Part shown: piece by piece, positions 1-7,928 of the stretch
Numbering within the stretch: the stretch's first letter is position 1
How the letters are laid out: each line of letters opens with the position of its first letter
Source: an uncultured Saprospiraceae bacterium
GTDB lineage: Bacteria > Bacteroidota > Bacteroidia > Chitinophagales > Saprospiraceae
Length of the DNA: 64,000 nucleotides
Reading direction: 5' to 3'
Assembly (NCBI GenBank): GCA_964398295.1
Contig: CAYNMW010000001.1
Location: 13,490 to 77,489 of the forward strand
Program-made: the position numbers and the translations under genes
Notes under the pieces: model-generated
Seen by the model: the letters and a program-made list of their open reading frames with translations, nothing else
The model's database searches: none
What the model was told of the DNA's origin: nothing

Positions 1-3000
1 TCTGGTGCTCCAGCAGGAGCAGCATAATTAATTGTATAGCTCGCAGAACCACTTTCACCAGCTTCAACTGGGAATGCTGGATTCCCAGGGTCAGGTGTTA
101 AAGTGATAAATGCCGCACAGTTTGGATCAACCATGACTGGATCATCACATGTTTCTGAGTTGACAACGACTAGAGTGGTAATATCTGCTGGTGGTGCAGG
201 ATATACCATTACGGAACTTACAACACCATTAAATAATTCTGTACCATCACTATTACACACAGCAACTAAGCTTATATCTGCAGATTCTATTTGACATGGT
301 GTCAATGCTGATAATTCCACACTTGTGGAAGCAGCTGCGGGATCAACCAGTGCAACATTTGGGTTAGATGAGCTCCAAGTGTAAGTCACATTTGCATTAT
401 CAGTTGCCATCACAGTAGCAGCGACTCCATCACAAAATGCTCCACTTATATCATTCACCATAATAGCAGCTGGGCAATCATTAACTTCAAGAATAATTCC
501 GCAAAGTTCCAAAGACCAGCTATTTAATGAACCGCCGTCAAAATTTGAAGCATCGGAAATAGTCAGAGTCCACGTACCTGTTATCGGTTCACCATTGAAT
601 CCTGAAAATGGATCTTCTGGAGCGAAGGGACCACCACTGGTAGGTGGACAAGTAATTGGCCCTCCTAAATCATCAAAATCAGCCATTATGTCATCGTCAC
701 TTCCGCACTCTGTTGATAAAAGTGCAGCAGTTGTACCACTAGGACTGGTTATGCTGATTGTTAAGTCACTTACCCATGTATGGCTGACATCTAAACCTAA
801 AATATTCAAATCCGAAACGGCTCCTGTTTGAGTAATAATAATTTCAGAAGTGATTGTCGGTGTTCCATCTGGAGAAATATCAATAGGAGTATCAGCACTA
901 GTCACAAGAATGCAGCTTTCGGTACCAGTTTCAAACATAAATACTGTGCTAACTGGACCCGGTCCACATGAATTTTCCGCAAAGACTCTCCAATAGTATT
1001 GGGTTTGACTATTTAGTGTCATAGTCGTATAGGATAGAGTTGTCGTTGTCGCGGTTTCAACGATTGTATTGAAATTAGGATCTGTGGCAATTTCGATAGT
1101 ATAAGAACTTGCACCTGCTATTGCTGCCCATGCAAAAGCCGGTGTTGTAGTGACGTTTATTGAATTGTCTGCAGGAGTCATGAGTGTAGGTCCTGTAACT
1201 ATTGCATCATCGATGGTTAGATTGACCACTAAGTTATCAGCTTCAGTACCATCTGTTGCATTAATCATAATTGAATAGATTCCAGGAGCTGCAGCGCCAG
1301 TATTACTGACAGTCATTGTGAAAGTACCCGGAAGATTTACCGGATTAGAGCTAAAATTAGCTGTTGTACCAGCTGGGAGTCCCATTGCTGAAAATGTAAC
1401 GTTGCCATTAAATCCACCTAAAAATTCTAAATCAAATTGAAAAACTACATCGTCTGGTTGACAAACTGTTATATCAGTATCACCGGAAGTCAATCCTACT
1501 CCAAAGCAATCAAATGGCACTTCAAAATTTGCGATTCGTGTTGCCCAGGTGGGTGTTTGATTATACTGAGCTGTAACCCAAAAAGTTCCGTTTGATGGAT
1601 CAACACTTAATGTATTATAATCACCATATCTGTTACTAATATTAGATGCGCTTCCTTCTATAATTGTAGTTTCTGGGAAGGTCATCATCCCTAATGGATC
1701 ACATTCAATCCGGCCAGTATATCTGATCCCCGGAAAAACTGATGTTGCATCAGAAACGTTGTATGCTAAACCTATTGAGCCATCATCATTCATGCCGATT
1801 GCCGCCATCCAACGACTTGTATTATCTGGAGCATAAGTACCTTGCTGATAAATAGTCCATGCCCCACTAGTGCCACCAGTTCGACGAAGCTCATACCATC
1901 GTACACCTGCATCGTCATTGCCTGTTACATCTGTTACGTGATTGCAAACAAGAGATTCGTGTGAACCAAAATTTCTATAAATAATTTTATTCATTAAAAC
2001 TTCTCGCAAAGGATCCAGTTCGAGAGCTGTTCCTGGTTGAGGAATTGCTGCAAACGCATTAAATCCATTCAACTCTGTATCAAAGGGTTGAGTAGGGAGA
2101 AAGATAGGACCGGTAATAGATGAATTAGCAGGATTATTAAAATCAATATCCATCTCAAATATTTCTAATCGATCTTGGGTTACACCTGTCCATCCATCAT
2201 CTGCCATTCGCATAAACATTCCTGGGGCATTTGCGGGGGGCAAGGTAGTACCATCTAAGTTTACTGGTGTTGCTGCTTGAAAATCTATTGTTCCGAATGG
2301 AGCAATATCAAATTGTTGAGCCGTAGCCGTAGGATCAGCATTTAACATTCTGGTCCGATCCAGTGCATAAATTCTTGGATTGGCCTCATTTGTTGTTACA
2401 ATATATGAATCATTCCAAATAGAATATTTTGGATAATCTGGGAAATCTGGAGTGTTGAACGAATAAACGGCATATGAGCCAGCTGGATCTGGAGTTGTCG
2501 AAATAGCAACTACTAGTGTATTACCTACAGCTGCAAATTCACTAAGTAACCATCGATCGGCTAATTGGTCATAAATCACTATTGGGTCTCCTGCTCCACC
2601 GATATTGGTAACCCCATCTAGTATAAATGTTGTGATTGAATTACCACTTTTATCTAAAACCTCGACATTGGATCCTCCTATACCATTCACCATCTGAACA
2701 ACATGGTTTGGTCCGACATCTAATGCAGGGTCTCCAGGATTAAAATTTCCATCTGGTCCCTGGCCTTCAAAATTATTTAACAAAACATTTCGTGAAGTGC
2801 TTGGTGGATAGTCTCTTTGCCATGCTGGATCAAGTCCTTGTGGCAAACCTGCTTTGTTTGTTATCTCGTGCAATGGCCAATCATTTTTAGGATGATATCC
2901 TATTCTCGGCATTCTTACGTCGTTGCCATCATGCCTTGTTGTAATAGAACTAACAGGGGCAGTAATTTGACTAAAATTCAATGGAATTACTTCCGCATTT

Positions 3001-3080
3001 GACAATGTGATTGGATTTTGTCCAAATGCAAAACTGCAAAGGAATAAAAAGCATAGTGAATGGAGTAGTTTCTTTCTCAT
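1..3080 (-). CDS. Large secreted multidomain protein whose C-terminus runs off the left edge. It has a signal peptide, an Fn3-like unit, a proprotein-convertase P-domain-like unit and a module shared with the next gene.
   Basis: It is absent from the ORF track because it has no stop in the window. The reverse complement of 3078-3080 is ATG, and my translation reads MRKKLLHSLCFLFLCSFAFGQNP (signal peptide) and stays open to nt 1. About nt 500-920 encode ...GEPITGTWTLTISDASNFDGGSLNSWSLELCG (P-domain-like). A YYWRV Fn3-like unit lies upstream. Nt 1-477 are paralogous to 4163-4639. Confidence 0.8.
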   Translation of the reverse strand, partial: MRKKLLHSLCFLFLCSFAFGQNPITLSNAEVIPLNFSQITAPVSSITTRHDGNDVRMPRIGYHPKNDWPLHEITNKAGLPQGLDPAWQRDYPPSTSRNVLLNNFEGQGPDGNFNPGDPALDVGPNHVVQMVNGIGGSNVEVLDKSGNSITTFILDGVTNIGGAGDPIVIYDQLADRWLLSEFAAVGNTLVVAISTTPDPAGSYAVYSFNTPDFPDYPKYSIWNDSYIVTTNEANPRIYALDRTRMLNADPTATAQQFDIAPFGTIDFQAATPVNLDGTTLPPANAPGMFMRMADDGWTGVTQDRLEIFEMDIDFNNPANSSITGPIFLPTQPFDTELNGFNAFAAIPQPGTALELDPLREVLMNKIIYRNFGSHESLVCNHVTDVTGNDDAGVRWYELRRTGGTSGAWTIYQQGTYAPDNTSRWMAAIGMNDDGSIGLAYNVSDATSVFPGIRYTGRIECDPLGMMTFPETTIIEGSASNISNRYGDYNTLSVDPSNGTFWVTAQYNQTPTWATRIANFEVPFDCFGVGLTSGDTDITVCQPDDVVFQFDLEFLGGFNGNVTFSAMGLPAGTTANFSSNPVNLPGTFTMTVSNTGAAAPGIYSIMINATDGTEADNLVVNLTIDDAIVTGPTLMTPADNSINVTTTPAFAWAAIAGASSYTIEIATDPNFNTIVETATTTTLSYTTMTLNSQTQYYWRVFAENSCGPGPVSTVFMFETGTESCILVTSADTPIDISPDGTPTITSEIIITQTGAVSDLNILGLDVSHTWVSDLTISITSPSGTTAALLSTECGSDDDIMADFDDLGGPITCPPTSGGPFAPEDPFSGFNGEPITGTWTLTISDASNFDGGSLNSWSLELCGIILEVNDCPAAIMVNDISGAFCDGVAATVMATDNANVTYTWSSSNPNVALVDPAAASTSVELSALTPCQIESADISLVAVCNSDGTELFNGVVSSVMVYPAPPADITTLVVVNSETCDDPVMVDPNCAAFITLTPDPGNPAFPVEAGESGSASYTINYAAPAGAP

Positions 3081-3405
3081 ATTAGGCTGGTTTGGAAATG
3101 TTCTGAGCCAGTTTGAGCTCAGTTTGAGTTCGTTGAGTATTGATTATTTAAATTGTTGATAATCAAGGATTTATGAGGATCCTCAACCATCATAATGTTA
3201 AATCTAATATAGATGTTTTTGTCTTAAATGACACAAGGTTTCATTGCTTTTTTACTGGTTACTAACTTTAATCCAAACCAAGCTTGATGTATACTCTGCA
3301 GACTTGATCTTAAATTGTCAATGAAAACTTGTTTTTGTTGATCTGAAGTTTCCATAAGTGGTGAGTTTATCTAGGTCGTAAAACATTCAAAAGCAGAAAT
3401 AAAAA

Positions 3406-3434
3406 AGAGGATTATCCATCTAGGATAATCCTCT
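3406..3434 (-). terminator. Intrinsic terminator of the 3461-6985 gene
   Basis: Perfect 12-bp stem AGAGGATTATCC / GGATAATCCTCT (3406-3417 and 3423-3434). On the minus strand it is followed by a T6 run (plus-strand A-run 3401-3406). It lies about 30 nt after the stop codon. Confidence 0.8.
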
Positions 3435-3460
3435 TTAAACTTAAAGCCAAAGTTTAAAAA

Positions 3461-6400
3461 CTATACGTTTTCAAGTACTTGTTTTTGCTCTCTAATTGCA
3501 ACAACAGATACAATCATAAATAATAATCCGAGAATCATTAATCCCCATTCACCCATTGTTGGTATTTCTTCTACTACTACGATCATCTCGCAGTTATAGT
3601 CTGCAGAAATTTCAACTACGCAAGGGTCATCTTCTACAGGTGTTTCTGCCAGGATACTGACGTTGTCAATGAAGAAATTAGATAACATTCCGTTATTCGC
3701 AAAAATTTCACTCTCAAAGCAGAAAACAGCACTTCCAGGTCCAATACCAGCAGCCAAAAGATCTACTGTTTGCGGAGTATAGCCTAAAACTCCACAAAGA
3801 GGCCCACCACCGTCTTGAGCCCAGATAATAGACCCATCTACTGTTGCTTGTACAAAATCATCAGGACTATCACATGCGATACTTTCAAAATCAAAAGTCA
3901 AAGAAAGTGACATCGTTCCAGCAGGAACAGTTATTGTTTGGCAAACAGAACCAACTTCTGGTCCTGTGACACCACCAAACCAAGCCCAAAACAACCCATC
4001 ACTTGGACCTGTTCCCATACCATTACCACATTGAGCTTGATCACAGATTGGCGTACCAAAAGTAGAGGACATCTCTACCCAAGTACCTCCTGCGGGGCCT
4101 GCTTCAAAGCTTCCATCAATAACTAATTCTTGTACACCTCCTGCTGGCGCTTCCGGACAACAGTTGGGTGCTCCATCTGGCGCTGCGTATGAAATCGTAT
4201 AGCTTGCTGTACCCATATCTCCTTCATTAACAGGGAAAGATGGATTAGCAGCATCTGGAGTTAAAGTCACAAATGCAGCACAATCAGGATCAACCAAGAT
4301 AGGATCACCACATGGGTCATCATTTACAATAACTAGTGTAGTTAAATCTGCTGGAGGAGCCGGGTAAACAGCTACAGAACTCACTACTCCGTCAAAAAGC
4401 ACTGTGCCATCAAGATCACAAACTGCAAGCAGACTGAGATCAGCATTTTCGATTTGGCAAGGAGTCAATGCTGACATCTCCACACTTGTCGTCGGATCAG
4501 CAGGGTCAACAAATACCACGTTTGGATTAGAAGAAGTCCATGTATAAGAAACATTGCCACTAACGGTAGCATTTATGATTGACTCAGATCCATCGCAAAA
4601 ATCTCCGCTGATGTCTGGTACAATAATTGCTGACGGGCAAGATACGTTTTGCTCACCACATACTGCAATATTATCAATACCGAAGCCCCATGCAGATGTG
4701 GGTCGTCCTTCGTCGTCATAGCAGAATCTTATTTGAAAGTCTGAGTTTGTGAAGCCAGCAAGACTAATCATTTCATCGGTGCCAAAGGCGTCTTCTTCTT
4801 CAATGAATACTTGAACCCAGGCCATCCCATCAAACACTTCTACAAGAAAGTCACCATCTCCAGCAAAGTCATTGTTTTGCCAGTCAAAAGTAAGACCCAC
4901 ATTTGAAAACTGAGACATATCAATCACAGGAGTAATAATACATCCAAAACCAATACTATTAGTATTAGCATCATCAACGATAGCTATACACCCAAAAAAG
5001 CCTGGAGAAGGTTGTTGTCCTCCTGGAACATCATTTGGTCCTTGATTAAAGGTGATGTCACCAAGACCTCCATCTGTGGCAGAAATTGACCATCCAGCTG
5101 GCATCATGCACATATTAAATGGTTCGTTGATTATCTCTACAAATCCATCCAAACATACAGGACATGGATCACATGTAGCTCCACCACAATCAACATCAGT
5201 CTCCGAACCATTTTGTTCACCATCATCACATGTCGGCTCAGTACAGGAAGCTACTATTGAGAGTACATTTCCTGAACCTACAAATCCGCCAGATGCATCA
5301 AATAATATATTGCCAAACGGGTCAGTTAGGACAAATCCTTCTTCGACTGGAAATCCGCCATTTGTTTGAATGAAGTCTATTGTCTCACCATCTACCAATG
5401 TCAAAATAATTATTTCAGATGCACCTGCTGTAAATGTAGTCCCAAACGGACTTCCTTGAATAGGTACTCCATTTGATGTAATCTCTAAACTTGCACCATT
5501 CCAACCATCACCAAATGTATCAGTTAGTTGTAATGTATAATCACATGTAGTCGGACAATCATCCCCAGTTAATAAATTGACCGTATAGGATTGGGTTACT
5601 GAGTCACAACTTCCCGCCGTGTCACAAACTTCTAATGTAATATCAATGGTTCCAGATGTACCTCCAGTAAACGTAATTATTGGATTAGCTACTGTAGAAC
5701 TAGAAGGCGTAAAAACAAGATCTCCAGATGAAGACACGAATGTCCAATTCCACATAGCAGGAAAAGAAGACATATCTGTCAGCTGAAATGTTCCACCATC
5801 GTCAAGGCAAAGATTCAATTCGAAACCGTCAGCAGGTTCAAAAGCTGCACCTACGTCACAAGATGCAAATGGTGAGTTAATTGCTGGACCACAAACGGAA
5901 TTTACAGCACCAAATAATTCAAAAGCCCAAAAGTTGAGAACAGCTGCTTGATCTTCCGTAAACATAGACATACATAGATCGTCAGTAAATGACATGAAAT
6001 TTGCCGTTGGCTCAAAATCTCCTGGTGTACAGCTCGGAACACAAGCCATACTACAACCAAAAGAGGCATTAGCTTGTATTGGAGTATCAGTTACAGTAAA
6101 AGGTCCAGGAGCCATGACATCATTATCGACACATCCTGTTGCAAAGTCATTATGTGTATGAAACAATCCTAAGTAATGTCCAATTTCATGAGTTAGGGTG
6201 ACGCCTAATCCGAATGTAGCATTTGTATCTAATTCATCACATGAAGAAGGATCAGCACCACCAAAGGCTTCCGCACAAACAGTTACACCATCACCATCAC
6301 CCGCACCTGGAATACCATCAGCAATACCCAGACAATTTCCTGAAGTCACAAAAATATTTAAAATATTATCCCAGCCTGGAGCTCCAAGACCATTGACACT

Positions 6401-6985
6401 TACACCACCATCATAGACACCAACTGTGATGGCAACATCGCCTGGTTCTATATTAGCAGCTGTTCCAAGTGGTGGTTCAGCTAAACAAAAGGAAATACAA
6501 GTACCTGTAGAAGCAACACTATTTCCATTAGAATCCTGATATGCCATAGGGCAATTAGCTTCATTTACTGAACCTGTATTATCACCAAATTGCATATTGA
6601 TGACATCCAATTGATCTTGGACTTCTTCCATGATGCAAGCCATTTCACCACAGGTGATCACGTCTGGTGCAAAATGAAATGCAACCGGAACAACTATGGT
6701 ATTTGTACCATCACATGGAATCCTATTAGCTGGAGAAGTCTTGCTCATTGCTAATGCTTCTTCTCTAAACTCTCTATAAATCTTATCTCGCCGCAATCTT
6801 TCAGTTATTGCAGGCATTGTTAAACATCTGTCAGTTCCTCCAGGAGGTCCTGTAACAAAATTAAAGGGTTGCGTTGAATTAAAATTTGAAGCAGGTTGAG
6901 CTACTATTCTTTTTGCAGAATTTTGTGCAAACACGCTGAAACAAAAGCACACGAAAAACAGTGCACCGACAATTCTTTTTTTCAT
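3461..6985 (-). CDS. Secreted M43-like (cytophagalysin/pappalysin-type) zinc metalloprotease with Cys-rich modules and an IPTL-CTERM-like C-terminal tail
   Basis: 1174-aa ORF with signal peptide MKKRIVGALFFVCFCFSVFAQ. HEIGHYLGLFH (nt 6158-6190) fits the metzincin HExxHxxGxxH motif. Cys-bracketed modules are present (TFGDGWNGASLEI; CDDGEQNGSETDVDCGGATCDPC). The C-terminus reads EEIPTMGEWGLMILGLLFMIVSVVAIREQK. Confidence 0.85.
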   Translation of the reverse strand: MKKRIVGALFFVCFCFSVFAQNSAKRIVAQPASNFNSTQPFNFVTGPPGGTDRCLTMPAITERLRRDKIYREFREEALAMSKTSPANRIPCDGTNTIVVPVAFHFAPDVITCGEMACIMEEVQDQLDVINMQFGDNTGSVNEANCPMAYQDSNGNSVASTGTCISFCLAEPPLGTAANIEPGDVAITVGVYDGGVSVNGLGAPGWDNILNIFVTSGNCLGIADGIPGAGDGDGVTVCAEAFGGADPSSCDELDTNATFGLGVTLTHEIGHYLGLFHTHNDFATGCVDNDVMAPGPFTVTDTPIQANASFGCSMACVPSCTPGDFEPTANFMSFTDDLCMSMFTEDQAAVLNFWAFELFGAVNSVCGPAINSPFASCDVGAAFEPADGFELNLCLDDGGTFQLTDMSSFPAMWNWTFVSSSGDLVFTPSSSTVANPIITFTGGTSGTIDITLEVCDTAGSCDSVTQSYTVNLLTGDDCPTTCDYTLQLTDTFGDGWNGASLEITSNGVPIQGSPFGTTFTAGASEIIILTLVDGETIDFIQTNGGFPVEEGFVLTDPFGNILFDASGGFVGSGNVLSIVASCTEPTCDDGEQNGSETDVDCGGATCDPCPVCLDGFVEIINEPFNMCMMPAGWSISATDGGLGDITFNQGPNDVPGGQQPSPGFFGCIAIVDDANTNSIGFGCIITPVIDMSQFSNVGLTFDWQNNDFAGDGDFLVEVFDGMAWVQVFIEEEDAFGTDEMISLAGFTNSDFQIRFCYDDEGRPTSAWGFGIDNIAVCGEQNVSCPSAIIVPDISGDFCDGSESIINATVSGNVSYTWTSSNPNVVFVDPADPTTSVEMSALTPCQIENADLSLLAVCDLDGTVLFDGVVSSVAVYPAPPADLTTLVIVNDDPCGDPILVDPDCAAFVTLTPDAANPSFPVNEGDMGTASYTISYAAPDGAPNCCPEAPAGGVQELVIDGSFEAGPAGGTWVEMSSTFGTPICDQAQCGNGMGTGPSDGLFWAWFGGVTGPEVGSVCQTITVPAGTMSLSLTFDFESIACDSPDDFVQATVDGSIIWAQDGGGPLCGVLGYTPQTVDLLAAGIGPGSAVFCFESEIFANNGMLSNFFIDNVSILAETPVEDDPCVVEISADYNCEMIVVVEEIPTMGEWGLMILGLLFMIVSVVAIREQKQVLENV
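3464..3565 (-). other. IPTL-CTERM-like sorting tail (coding segment)
   Basis: IPTM-GEWG motif, a roughly 20-residue hydrophobic helix and a basic REQK cluster at the extreme C-terminus. Confidence 0.6.
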
Positions 6986-7131
6986 ATTAGGCTGGTTTAA
7001 GATATGTCACTTGCTCATATTGAGAGCGTTGTGAGAAATGTTTTTATGGATTATAAGATGCTAGTAAGTTTCTCAGGACTTCCTAGTTATAATGTTAAAA
7101 TAAATATAATTAAAACATATTTACAGAAAGA

Positions 7132-7728
7132 TCAATTAAGCAAAAAGTTTGAATTTTTTTCCAGTTCCCATCCCATTATTTCTAAACTGTTTCTTAGTAT
7201 TTCAAGGAATAATTGCTTTTGTTCTTCTGATGCTTGAATGATTTCGCTTTGCAATACTTTTTCTTCGATAAATTGCTTTGCGTCTTGATTGATTTTAGTG
7301 AGGTCTTCGGCAGAAAAAGTATTGAATAATCCTTCTCTGAGATCGTAGTATGATAAATCATGATCTAATGCCAATAACGAAGGATTCCCCAAATCTTCTA
7401 TGATAATCCGCTGATTGGTTTCATCAATTGTTAGGCTTAAATTTTCTAGATCGTATCCGACAAGGGCTTTAGCTTTTACCTTAACCAATGCTTTTTTCTC
7501 AAATGGCCAATTTGCATAGCTGTGTCTGTAGTCATAGATCTCAGCAAAGTGAGCTTCAGTTGTGACCAGTTTTGTTACTTTTTTAATTTCTTGAAGTACA
7601 ACTTGTGCATTCTCTTCTGTATTTGCTTTAAAGAATGAAGATTTATACCCAATGAACCAACTGAGTATGCAGGCAAGAATAACTACCATTGAATAAATAG
7701 CCCAACGCTTCATAATGACAAAATGCAC
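7132..7728 (-). CDS. DUF4230-like membrane-anchored protein
   Basis: 198 aa; the start may instead be the MKRW codon at 7713. It has an N-terminal TM helix (IYSMVVILACILSWFIGY). The layout (LVTTEAHFAEIYDY..., KALVGYDLENL, IIIEDLGNPSLL) matches my memory of DUF4230. Confidence 0.55.
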   Translation of the reverse strand: MHFVIMKRWAIYSMVVILACILSWFIGYKSSFFKANTEENAQVVLQEIKKVTKLVTTEAHFAEIYDYRHSYANWPFEKKALVKVKAKALVGYDLENLSLTIDETNQRIIIEDLGNPSLLALDHDLSYYDLREGLFNTFSAEDLTKINQDAKQFIEEKVLQSEIIQASEEQKQLFLEILRNSLEIMGWELEKNSNFLLN

Positions 7729-7828
7729 ATTTTTAACTAATGTTCTTTAAATCTGGTGTTTGTATATATAGAAATAAAAATATAATAAAAACATATGAAT
7801 ATTTTTCATAATATGTAAAACTTTGTCT

Positions 7829-7836
7829 TACATTTG
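7829..7836 (+). promoter_or_regulatory. Candidate Bacteroidota -7 promoter box (TACATTTG)
   Basis: Exact match to the TAnnTTTG consensus, 93 nt upstream of the 7929 start codon in an AT-rich divergent intergenic region. Confidence 0.3.
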
Positions 7837-7928
7837 TTTCATCCTAAAAGCAGTAGTTTCCCAACTACTCGTAAACTTTCCACAATAGAATATATAAATA
7901 GAATCCTAAACGAATAAACCCGTTTGGT

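Noticed and set aside
3224-3355. 43-codon minus-strand ORF (METSDQQKQVFIDNLRSSLQSIHQAWFGLKLVTSKKAMKPCVI) between the terminator of gene 2 and the promoter region of gene 1
   Set aside because: It has no signal, TM or recognisable motif. No counterpart exists upstream of the paralogous gene. It cannot be distinguished from chance without expression or conservation data.
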